A stretch of 32,000 nucleotides of DNA from Saccharolobus solfataricus. GTDB lineage: Archaea; Thermoproteota; Thermoprotei_A; Sulfolobales; Sulfolobaceae. A program made the position numbers and the translations under genes. Location of the stretch: NCBI RefSeq assembly GCF_900079115.1, contig NZ_LT549890.1:2340001-2372000 (forward strand). Reading direction: 5' to 3'. Positions 24,801 through 32,000 of the stretch are shown one piece after another (positions within the stretch are counted from its first letter, which is position 1; every line of letters starts with the position of its first letter). The notes beneath the pieces were generated by a model. That model saw nothing but the letters and a program-made list of their open reading frames with translations, was not told where the DNA came from and ran no database searches.

Positions 24801-25247
24801 TTAATAGGATAATTTCGAAGAAATACAATTTATTATATGATTTATGTTAGGCTCAGCTATTCTTCTAATATTCTCCTCCCCTAAAAGTCTAGATAACATC
24901 CCGAGATTTATCTTGGCAAACCAATTCACTCTAGTTATCCCTTCATCTTTCTTCAATCCCAAGATAATGTTAAATTTTATTCCCACCCCTGCTGATCTAC
25001 CGTCACCGTTTATCTCTACACTATTCTCTTTTTCAATGATATTGGCATTTATGGAAGCGGTTAATGTAGTCATATGAGGTATTTTCATTTGTGACACATC
25101 TAGTTTAAAAATTGCCTTAAATACATTATTATTTGTCTCATAGCTCTGCAATCCAGTTAGGCATTCAGCGAACTGTTTTGGATTAATTAAAAATCCCTTG
25201 ACGGCCTCTATAGTTCTCTTTACATCAAAAGTTCCCTTAAACTCCAT
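24801..25247 (-). CDS. CoxG-like SRPBCC protein (candidate membrane anchor/partner of the upstream G3P dehydrogenase)
   Basis: 148 aa. The N-terminal MEFKGTFDVKRTIEAVKGFLINPKQFAECLTG resembles the CoxG family. It starts 2 nt after the stop of the GlpA-like gene. Confidence 0.65.
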   Translation of the reverse strand: MEFKGTFDVKRTIEAVKGFLINPKQFAECLTGLQSYETNNNVFKAIFKLDVSQMKIPHMTTLTASINANIIEKENSVEINGDGRSAGVGIKFNIILGLKKDEGITRVNWFAKINLGMLSRLLGEENIRRIAEPNINHIINCISSKLSY

Positions 25248-25249
25248 TT

Positions 25250-26548
25250 CTACATCGTCCCTCTAGAAATTAGCGATAGGAGGATATATAGCGAACTTAA
25301 ATACCTTTCTTCATCTAAGGATCCTTTACGATCCAGAATGCTCCTTACTATTACTTTAGGTAGCCTAATTTTTTCAGCGTAATTTAATAAGTTAATATCA
25401 TTAGGGCTGAGCAACTTAGTAGTAGCTGTCTTGCTTGCACTCTTAATCCCTAGTTTTGAGGAAACTAAATCAGCCACTCTTTCTCCAGCTAGTCTTCCCG
25501 TAGTGAACTTACCGCCTATTACGGATACTAGTCCACTTAGTCCATTCTCCTTCTCATGATCTATTATTCTAAAGTCTCTTGAAGCCTCCCTAGCCGAGAC
25601 TTCGCTCTTAATTAATGGCCTTACAGAAGCGTATGACCTAACTACCCTCATATTCTTTAATTTTGGTATTAGATATGCTCCCTCATTTACTAGCATGGCA
25701 ATATCCTCATCCGATATGGTGAAATTGTCTGGATCCTCAATAATAGTAGCAGTAGTTCCTAAAATTGATGAGTCAGCGTATGGGACAATTATATCTCCAT
25801 CAGAGGGTGGTCTCAGCCTATTGATTACCATATTATTAACCCTTTTATCAAACACGACTATAATTCCCGCAGTTGGCATTATAGGTATTTCCTCTAAACC
25901 AGCCATCTTTATTATATTGAATGACCAAGGTCCAGCTGTGTTAACTATGATGTCAGATTTTATCACGTTAGTATTGTTATTTATTTTATCTAAAACCTTA
26001 ACTCCCTTAACGTTATTATTTTCTCTTATGATTTCAACTACCTCATTGTACGTTAAAATTTTCGCTCCATTTAACGATGCAGTAATTGCAACGCTTGCCA
26101 ATAAGTCATAACCGTAAACCACCTTATCGGGAACCCATATAGCCATCTTTGTGTCCCTATTAATGAATGGCTCTTTTTGTAATACCTCCTTAACGTCTAT
26201 GACTTTGCTCTCAATCCCCACTTTATTTAACGCTTTTATGAAAGTTTCAGAGAACTGTAAGTCGTCATCAGTGATGCCAAGAAATACTCCACCAGTATCT
26301 TTCACTGTATGAGGAGCTATCTTTGAAATTATTTTATTTTCTTGAATGCACTCCCTAGCCGAATCTGGATCAGTTACAGCATATCTAGCCCCACTATGAA
26401 GAAGACCGTGAAATTTCCCAGAAGTCCCATATCCTATATCACCTCTATCCACTAGCGTTACATCAATTCCTCTCAGTGCTAAGTCTAAGGCGGTAAATAA
26501 ACCACTAACTCCTCCACCAATTACAGTTACCGTGGATTTAATCTCCAT
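25250..26548 (-). CDS. glpA: FAD-dependent glycerol-3-phosphate dehydrogenase, GlpA-like, short form
   Basis: VIGGGVSGLFTALDLALRG is the FAD fold. GTSGKFHGLLHSGARY is the GlpA/GlpD signature. The track start is 26587. I prefer Met14 (MEIKSTV, start codon complement of 26546-26548) because a TTTTTAA TATA-like box lies about 30 nt upstream of it. Confidence 0.85.
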   Translation of the reverse strand: MEIKSTVTVIGGGVSGLFTALDLALRGIDVTLVDRGDIGYGTSGKFHGLLHSGARYAVTDPDSARECIQENKIISKIAPHTVKDTGGVFLGITDDDLQFSETFIKALNKVGIESKVIDVKEVLQKEPFINRDTKMAIWVPDKVVYGYDLLASVAITASLNGAKILTYNEVVEIIRENNNVKGVKVLDKINNNTNVIKSDIIVNTAGPWSFNIIKMAGLEEIPIMPTAGIIVVFDKRVNNMVINRLRPPSDGDIIVPYADSSILGTTATIIEDPDNFTISDEDIAMLVNEGAYLIPKLKNMRVVRSYASVRPLIKSEVSAREASRDFRIIDHEKENGLSGLVSVIGGKFTTGRLAGERVADLVSSKLGIKSASKTATTKLLSPNDINLLNYAEKIRLPKVIVRSILDRKGSLDEERYLSSLYILLSLISRGTM

Positions 26549-27003
26549 AATAATGTGTAGTGGATTTAACATTAAAAATGTTGACATAGTTTAACTTGCA
26601 TGAGAGCAACAGTTGACAAATTTTACTACATAACTCTCTCCATTTAGGGCGTTGAGAAAGTCAGAATAAGCCATGCTGTGATATGTATCGTTAACAGCTT
26701 CCGCTTTGAGGTTCTAAATGATTCCTACCCGTCATAACCAAGAATGGGATAGCATTTATAGGAAAATCGTTACACTTTTACGTTACATTAAAAATATATA
26801 ATAAATCTTTCCTGGTTAGATGAAAAATGTTTATTAATAAGCTATAATATTAAGAAGTACAATGAAAGATATTTATAAATACATGGATAAATATTTTGAC
26901 TTTTTATGATAAGGGAATTTCCTAAAACTACTAATGGGATTTCTACATAGAATTGGATAACATTGGATTTCCTAGAAGTTTTAAAAATGATTAAATTAAA
27001 AAA

Positions 27004-28227
27004 TTACAAGAACTTACCATCTTCTACAGTTAACTTACCGTTTTTAACTACTCTTCTAACTTTAGATAGATCCCTTATGTTTTCAGTTGGATCTCCATCT
27101 ATTACTATGATATCGGCATCCTTCCCCACTTCTATGGCTCCAGCGTTAATTCCAATGGCAAACGCCGAATTATAGGTTGAGGCTCTTAATGAACTAATTG
27201 TAGATAAACCTCCTCTTTCTACCAAGAGCACACTTTCCATCCAATTTTTACCTATATCTATTTCCTCTAATCCAGTTTCAAAACCCAAATCCGTTCCAGT
27301 TATTATCATGACTCCATACTCCTCTGCCTTTTTAACTACATTTACAACGCTCTCTCTTACTTCGTTGATCTTTTGTAGCCCCCACTCATCAACTCCTATT
27401 TGCTTACCATATTTATATATTAATTCTTGGATTGTAAGCGTGGGTGTTAAGGTTACATTTCTCTCTCTCATAAGCTTTAATGTCTCGTCCCTAAGTAGAG
27501 TTCCATGCTCTAATGTCTTTATCCCAGCCTCAACAGCGATTCTGGCTCCTTTATCCCCATGAGCGTGAGCAGCAACATAAGTATTTATTTTTTCAGCTTC
27601 ATTAACTATTGCACTAATCTCCTCGTAGCTCAGCTGTGGGTGTTCCGGCCTATCTCTTTGTGATAATACTCCTCCAGTAGCAAATATTTTAATAAAGTCA
27701 GCTCCATCTCTTAAAACTTTCCTTGATGCGCGAATACATGATTCTACTCCGTCACAAAATTCTGAAAAACTTAATGCCATCGAAAACTCTAAGGGAACAT
27801 CATGACTTAGTTCGCCATGTCCGAAAGTTTGACTTATAGGCTTTCCCGCTGCAATAATTCTGGGTCCATTTATTATCCCTTCACTCACGCCTCTCTTTAG
27901 AGCTAATGATATTGTTTCGCCACAATCTCTAACAGTAGTGAACCCAGCTAACAGCAATTTCTCTAGCCACTTAGAAGCCCTTAACACTCTATACTCTGGT
28001 TTCTCAAACATTGTTTTTAACAAACTCCCTCCTTTAATACCAGTAAGGTGAATATGCGCATCTATTAGCCCGGGCATTACAAACATATCTTTGGCATCGA
28101 TCTCAATTTTAGCTTGCTTATTCTCTTTAGATATCTCTACAATTTTACCATCCTTTACGTAAATATTAACCTTTCCCACAACTCCTTTACCATTAAATAC
28201 GTTACCATTCTTTATTCCTAAATCCAA
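27004..28227 (-). CDS. Metal-dependent amidohydrolase (TIM-barrel, Xaa-Pro dipeptidase / N-acyl-amino-acid hydrolase-like subgroup)
   Basis: PGLIDAHIHL (HxH), FIKIFATGG (carboxylated Lys context), AAHAHG, LEHG and TGTDLG. Confidence 0.88.
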   Translation of the reverse strand: MDLGIKNGNVFNGKGVVGKVNIYVKDGKIVEISKENKQAKIEIDAKDMFVMPGLIDAHIHLTGIKGGSLLKTMFEKPEYRVLRASKWLEKLLLAGFTTVRDCGETISLALKRGVSEGIINGPRIIAAGKPISQTFGHGELSHDVPLEFSMALSFSEFCDGVESCIRASRKVLRDGADFIKIFATGGVLSQRDRPEHPQLSYEEISAIVNEAEKINTYVAAHAHGDKGARIAVEAGIKTLEHGTLLRDETLKLMRERNVTLTPTLTIQELIYKYGKQIGVDEWGLQKINEVRESVVNVVKKAEEYGVMIITGTDLGFETGLEEIDIGKNWMESVLLVERGGLSTISSLRASTYNSAFAIGINAGAIEVGKDADIIVIDGDPTENIRDLSKVRRVVKNGKLTVEDGKFL

Positions 28228-28234
28228 TATTCTA

Positions 28235-29515
28235 TCACCTTACTCTTTCCTGCCCTTCAAATATTGTCCCCTTAGTCTCCTTATATAACAAATAGGCTAT
28301 TAATGTTATTACCATCCCTGCTATACCCCAATATACCGGAGCTAGCTTATAACCTGTAGCGTATATTAAATAACTTGCAATAAATGGTGTTGTACCTCCA
28401 AAAACTGCAACTCCTACATGATAGTCGAAGGATAATGCCGTATATCTAACTTTAGTTGGAAACAGTTCAGTTAAGGCAGCAGCATAAGCTGCAGTTGAAA
28501 ATGAGCCTATTGTTGAGTATAAAATTTGAGCTAATAATATTAATGAGAACTGACCGGTAGAAATTAAGTAGAAGTACGGATACACAAGAATTAATAGACC
28601 GACTGCGGTAGTTATCATCATTGGTTTCCTCCCTATCTTATCAGCCAGTAGTGAAAATGCAAGTATACATATAGCTTCCACAATATATCCTATTGTTAAC
28701 GCTAATGAAACAGTCTTCGCTGGTACTCCTATTACAGTTTCTAAATAAGAAGCCGCGAAAACACTAGTAGCATAAGTTAACGTAGTTCCACCTATAATAA
28801 ATCCTAAACCTAATAATATTCTCTTCCAGTAGAGTCTGAATGCTTCAGCAAGGGGGAATTTTGATATCTGGCCCATTTCCCTAACGTTCTTGAAAACTGG
28901 TGATTCTGAAATTTTTAATCTAATAATTACTCCAATTACAGCAATAAATGCTCCAATTATGAAAAGTATTCTCCAACCAGTAGAGGCAAAAGCAGGAGGA
29001 GACATAATACTACTAAAAATGAATATTAATCCAGTAGCCATTAAGGGTCCTACTCCTTGAGCCATCTGAGCAATTCCTATATAAAAAGCTCTATTAGTGG
29101 GTTTAGCAAACTCGGCAGATAATGTTATACCACCACCGAATTCGCCTCCTAAAGAAAAACCTTGGAGAAGCCTTAAAACTGTTAATAACGTAGGAGCTAA
29201 GATTCCCAATACTGCATAGCTTGGCAATAAACCAGTAAACAAGGATGATAACCCCATTAACGACATAGTTACAATTAGGGTATATTTCCTTCCTATCTTG
29301 TCACCAAGGTGGCCGAATACTATAGCGCCCAACGGTCTACCTGCAAATCCCGTAGCGAAAACTGCTAATGTATCTAACAAAGATACTATCTTGTTGGTTG
29401 ATGGAAAGAACAAGCTAGCCAGAATACTCGATACGAAACCAAATATTAAAAAATCATAAAACTCGAAGGCGATACCTATCATGGCAGCTATGGAAACTTT
29501 AGTTTCATCTTTCAT
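28235..29515 (-). CDS. MFS transporter, metabolite:H+ symporter (MHS, ProP/KgtP-like) family
   Basis: GRPLGAIVFGHLGDKIGRK and DKIGRKP repeats with 12 predicted TM stretches. It lies 7 nt upstream of the amidohydrolase gene, so the pair is a likely operon. Confidence 0.88.
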   Translation of the reverse strand: MKDETKVSIAAMIGIAFEFYDFLIFGFVSSILASLFFPSTNKIVSLLDTLAVFATGFAGRPLGAIVFGHLGDKIGRKYTLIVTMSLMGLSSLFTGLLPSYAVLGILAPTLLTVLRLLQGFSLGGEFGGGITLSAEFAKPTNRAFYIGIAQMAQGVGPLMATGLIFIFSSIMSPPAFASTGWRILFIIGAFIAVIGVIIRLKISESPVFKNVREMGQISKFPLAEAFRLYWKRILLGLGFIIGGTTLTYATSVFAASYLETVIGVPAKTVSLALTIGYIVEAICILAFSLLADKIGRKPMMITTAVGLLILVYPYFYLISTGQFSLILLAQILYSTIGSFSTAAYAAALTELFPTKVRYTALSFDYHVGVAVFGGTTPFIASYLIYATGYKLAPVYWGIAGMVITLIAYLLYKETKGTIFEGQERVR

Positions 29516-29718
29516 AACTTTTCATCATCTTTAACTCTCTTAAATTTTTTTCTCATTTTAAGTTAGATGGCAACATGAGCAAAATACTTAATAAATTAAA
29601 ATTTACTCACAATTATCCTAGGAACGCAATGCAAGAGATTAATCTTTATTTAATAATGTTAAATTAAACTTTACATAGCCGGAACAAGACTCAAATTACG
29701 TTTCTAGATTCATGCGAC

Positions 29719-29963
29719 ATGATGTCCAAGATCAATTACGAACACATATTGAAGAAGCTAGGAAAAGTTTCAAGGATAGATCTTCCCAAGATAGTTAGTG
29801 CTTTCAGAAAGTTTATAGCTTTAGGCAAAGGATATACCACTAGATCATAGTCTAAGAACTTTTCCAAAATACTAGTGAAGAAAGTGATATGGGGTTGCAT
29901 AATACGACTCAACATAATCAACTTCTTAGACGAAAAATACTACGATTTATAAACCTGAGTCTC
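29719..29963 (+). pseudogene. Putative 3' remnant of an IS element: short ORF interrupted by an in-frame TAG, ending in a terminal-repeat-like motif
   Basis: The plus-strand frame reads MMSKINYEHILKKLGKVSRIDLPKIVSAFRKFIALGKGYTTRS, then a stop (TAG 29848-29850), then SKNFSKILVKKVIWGCIIRLNIINFLDEKYYDL and a final stop. The final TAA (29950-29952) overlaps AAACCTGAGTCTC (29951-29963). That 13-mer recurs inverted at 7432-7444 and with one mismatch at 9465-9477. I did not identify the IS family. Confidence 0.3.
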
Positions 29964-30123
29964 TGACCACTTGGCCTAATTCTTCCATTCTAGATACTTT
30001 ATCACACTTTTCGTGCTCTTAATTTTCTTTAATAATTTCCAAATTTTTCATTATTTAATCTCGGCATAATCATAATAAAAAGTTTTTAAGGTGTTTAGAG
30101 TTACTGTCGCTTTTTAGAAATCC

Positions 30124-30492
30124 CTAATTATTTAAAAAAGACAACCCAATTTCTTTTGCTAGATCCTCTAGTCTCTTAGCTTCTTTTTTCATTTCTTTAA
30201 TCAAAAGAGATTTAGGCTCCTTCCATTCTTCGGGTGTAAAAGCAAAGAATTCTACGCGTGCTCTCAAGTGCTTTCCAAGTTTTTCAAGCCTATCAATATA
30301 CCTTAAGCCTTCAAAGTCTCGTGATATTATGACTAAATCTATGTCACTCGTCTCTAAGTAATCTCCTCTGGCCCTAGAACCCACTACGTACACATCTTCA
30401 ATTCTAATTTCATTACTTATATCATTAATAAATTCTATTGCAACCTTTACCAATTCAACTTGACTTTTTAATGCAGATTTCGCCTTACCCAT
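30124..30492 (-). CDS. Minimal nucleotidyltransferase (MNT) domain protein, antitoxin-type partner of HEPN
   Basis: VVGSRARGDYLETSDIDLVI carries the GSxxxG and DxD polymerase-beta-type NTase motif. Confidence 0.85.
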   Translation of the reverse strand: MGKAKSALKSQVELVKVAIEFINDISNEIRIEDVYVVGSRARGDYLETSDIDLVIISRDFEGLRYIDRLEKLGKHLRARVEFFAFTPEEWKEPKSLLIKEMKKEAKRLEDLAKEIGLSFLNN

Positions 30493-30860
30493 TCTATCAC
30501 TTTTTCCGCTTTTTTTACTAACTCCTCAGCATCTTCCTTAGTGTACAACGAGTAAGGTATTGTATTCGCCGCATCTGGATACCTAGAGATAGTGTAATGC
30601 AAAGTAAGTTTGTTTACTTCGCTCCTTATCTCCTCTACTGGCAATCCTATCTCCTCCTTTATTACATATAATAATTGGTTTAAATCGTGTGTCCTCTCGA
30701 TCTTTCCATTCTCTATCAAGAGGGCCTTTAGAGCTTTCTCAGCAGCTTGCTCTGCCCAAAAGGCTGAAGCATAATAGTGACCAGTCGTAATGGTGTCTTT
30801 AGCCGTTGCCAAATCCTCTAAGGCTTGTCTAAACCATTTTTGTGCCTCTTCTCTCATCAA
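30468..30860 (-). CDS. HEPN domain protein (toxin-type partner of MNT)
   Basis: 130-aa all-helical protein with the conserved ERTHDLNQLL and ISRYPD blocks typical of archaeal HEPN proteins. It overlaps the MNT gene by 25 nt. Confidence 0.82.
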   Translation of the reverse strand: MMREEAQKWFRQALEDLATAKDTITTGHYYASAFWAEQAAEKALKALLIENGKIERTHDLNQLLYVIKEEIGLPVEEIRSEVNKLTLHYTISRYPDAANTIPYSLYTKEDAEELVKKAEKVIEWVRRNLH

Positions 30861-30980
30861 TTTAGATTAGCATCTAACTCTTTTAATCATAACTATTCTG
30901 ACGAGAAGTGTGGAGGTAACAGTTGAATTCTGTTCCATGTTAGCAGAACTCTTTTTCTATCATTTATTGTCAGATAAAAT

Positions 30981-31067
30981 GTGGAAAGAATACTGAGACC
31001 TAAGGAAGCTTGTCAATTACTAGGAGTTTCCTATTTATCGCTAATATTGAATCAGATATCTAATTAG
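30981..31067 (+). pseudogene. Short MerR/excisionase-type HTH fragment (28 codons), resembling the N-terminus of IS607-family serine-recombinase ORFs
   Basis: The GTG-initiated frame reads VERILRPKEACQLLGVSYLSLILNQISN then stops. The RPKEAxxLLGVS pattern is the typical HTH start of such recombinases, but the frame breaks off after the recognition helix. Its end overlaps the 3' end of the convergent phosphoesterase gene. Confidence 0.25.
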
Positions 31068-31636
31068 GTTTTACTCTGGACCAATTTAACGTTACCTTTC
31101 TCTATTACAACGTAACCCCTATCATTGTATAAATTTTCTACATTAGACAAAGTACCCGCATTTACGCAATTAATACTCTTAAAATACCTTAATGCGTGAG
31201 AGTGACCTAATATTATCGTAGCATTGAAATTCATGAGCATAATTCTAAAAAATATACAGAAGAGAAAGGGTGGAATATTATCATTTATTTTCTTTAAGAT
31301 TTTGGCTATACTATATTCATCACTTTCATTAAAGTATTGATGACCATGAAGGAGAATAAAACGTCTACCATTATTCTTAATCTTGACTAAATCAAAATCT
31401 CCTCTAAACTTATCTTCATCACCTCTAACATAGATTATATTCTTTCTGATTTTTAGGCTATTGATAAAATTTCTATAATCCTCGCTTTTAGAGACAACTA
31501 TATCCCCTAAGAGAACAGTAAGGGAGGGTTTCTCAGATAGCATTATTTTATTTATCTCTTCCGTATTGCAGTAGGGGTAATGAATGTCAGATAGAATCAA
31601 TATCTTACCGTCCCATTCAATGGAAATCTCTCTCAA
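31064..31636 (-). CDS. Metallophosphoesterase (calcineurin-like, small YfcE/MJ0936-type)
   Basis: LILSDIHYP (DxH), LLGDIV (GD), LLHGHQ and ILGHSHA (GHxH). Confidence 0.8.
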   Translation of the reverse strand: MREISIEWDGKILILSDIHYPYCNTEEINKIMLSEKPSLTVLLGDIVVSKSEDYRNFINSLKIRKNIIYVRGDEDKFRGDFDLVKIKNNGRRFILLHGHQYFNESDEYSIAKILKKINDNIPPFLFCIFFRIMLMNFNATIILGHSHALRYFKSINCVNAGTLSNVENLYNDRGYVVIEKGNVKLVQSKT

Positions 31637-31677
31637 ACTTTTTATCCCTATGGTATAATTTTAATCGGTGGTAAAAA

Positions 31678-32000
31678 ATGAAGGTGTACTTCGATGATAT
31701 ATACGTCTCTACAGCGAGGCAGTTTGAGTTAGTTGACATTACTGACCAAGTTGAGCAGATTGTGGAAAAGAGTGGTATAAAAAATGGGATTTGTCTAATA
31801 TTCGTAGCCCACTCAACTGCGGCAATAGTTGCTAACGAACACGAAAGAGGTTTGATGGAGGACATTTTAACTAAGATAAAGGAGTTTACAGAACCTTCAA
31901 GAAGTTGGAAACATAATCTAATTGACGACAACGCACACGCCCACTTAGGGGCGACTTTTCTAGGAGCAGAAAGAGTATTCCCTGTTAGAGAAGGTAAATT
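31678..32000 (+). CDS. YjbQ/UPF0047 family protein (secondary thiamine-phosphate synthase-like), 3' end beyond the window
   Basis: Not in the ORF track because it has no stop in the window. ATG 31678 opens MKVYFDDIYVSTARQFELVDITDQVEQIVEKSGIKNGICLIFVAHSTAAIVANEHERGLMEDI...DDNAHAHLGATFLGAE, which carries the family-typical HSTAA..NE and NAHAHL blocks. The track ORF at 31617-31931 (-) is its antisense shadow. Confidence 0.8.
   Translation, partial: MKVYFDDIYVSTARQFELVDITDQVEQIVEKSGIKNGICLIFVAHSTAAIVANEHERGLMEDILTKIKEFTEPSRSWKHNLIDDNAHAHLGATFLGAERVFPVREGK

Noticed and set aside
26600-26760. Possible tRNA or other canonical RNA gene in the less AT-rich patch
   Set aside because: Neither strand shows a T-arm (GTTCNANNC with a flanking 5-bp stem), an acceptor stem pairing or a D-arm pattern.
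29736-29921. 61-aa minus-strand ORF
   Set aside because: It lies antisense to the plus-strand frame that runs into the IS-terminus-like motif, and it has no motif of its own. The region is better explained as a decayed IS end.
31617-31931. 104-aa minus-strand ORF
   Set aside because: It is the antisense shadow of the clearly recognisable YjbQ/UPF0047 gene starting at 31678 on the plus strand.
1-32000. CRISPR arrays, rRNA genes and large tandem repeats
   Set aside because: I noticed no regularly spaced direct repeats of 24-37 nt anywhere, and no rRNA-like GC-rich blocks. The only repeats found are those reported above.

Overview
Visibly AT-rich crenarchaeal chromosomal DNA. The 314-aa ORF at 22046-22990 matches, from memory, the SsoPox phosphotriesterase-like lactonase of Saccharolobus (Sulfolobus) solfataricus. 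The gene order fits my memory of the P2 region SSO2517-SSO2522. Most of the window (about 2.5-26.6 kb) is one large lipid/ester-catabolic cluster. It holds a TetR (FadR-like) regulator, an SCP2 protein, a thiolase-fold/DUF35 pair, two acyl-CoA synthetases, an acyl-CoA dehydrogenase and a fused 3-hydroxyacyl-CoA dehydrogenase/enoyl-CoA hydratase. It also holds two HSL-type esterases, another alpha/beta hydrolase, two MBL-fold hydrolases, an FAH-family protein, SsoPox, two paralogous MFS carriers and a GlpA-like glycerol-3-phosphate dehydrogenase with a CoxG-like partner. The left end carries a partial Zn-alcohol dehydrogenase gene and an intact 1439-bp IS (ISC1439 type) with perfect 17-bp terminal inverted repeats and a 9-bp target duplication. 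The right end carries an amidohydrolase-MFS operon and a small accessory islet: an IS-end remnant, a HEPN-MNT toxin-antitoxin pair, an HTH fragment and a metallophosphoesterase. A partial YjbQ/UPF0047 gene closes the window. I saw no rRNA, tRNA or CRISPR array. The most interesting points are listed here. (1) The only thiolase-fold gene in the beta-oxidation core lacks the catalytic Cys and His yet is translationally coupled to a DUF35 gene, as in Ltp2-type aldolases. (2) A 38-nt identical promoter/palindrome block precedes two otherwise diverged MFS paralogs. (3) A 10-12-nt motif, TTATCCATAG, recurs in three cluster promoters. (4) A GC-rich, four-hairpin element lies in an intergenic gap. (5) An esterase has a homologous N-terminal region with no in-frame start codon. 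(6) The genomic context suggests a lactone / N-acyl-amide to acyl-CoA catabolic route around SsoPox. All functional calls come from motif recognition by eye; no searches were run.
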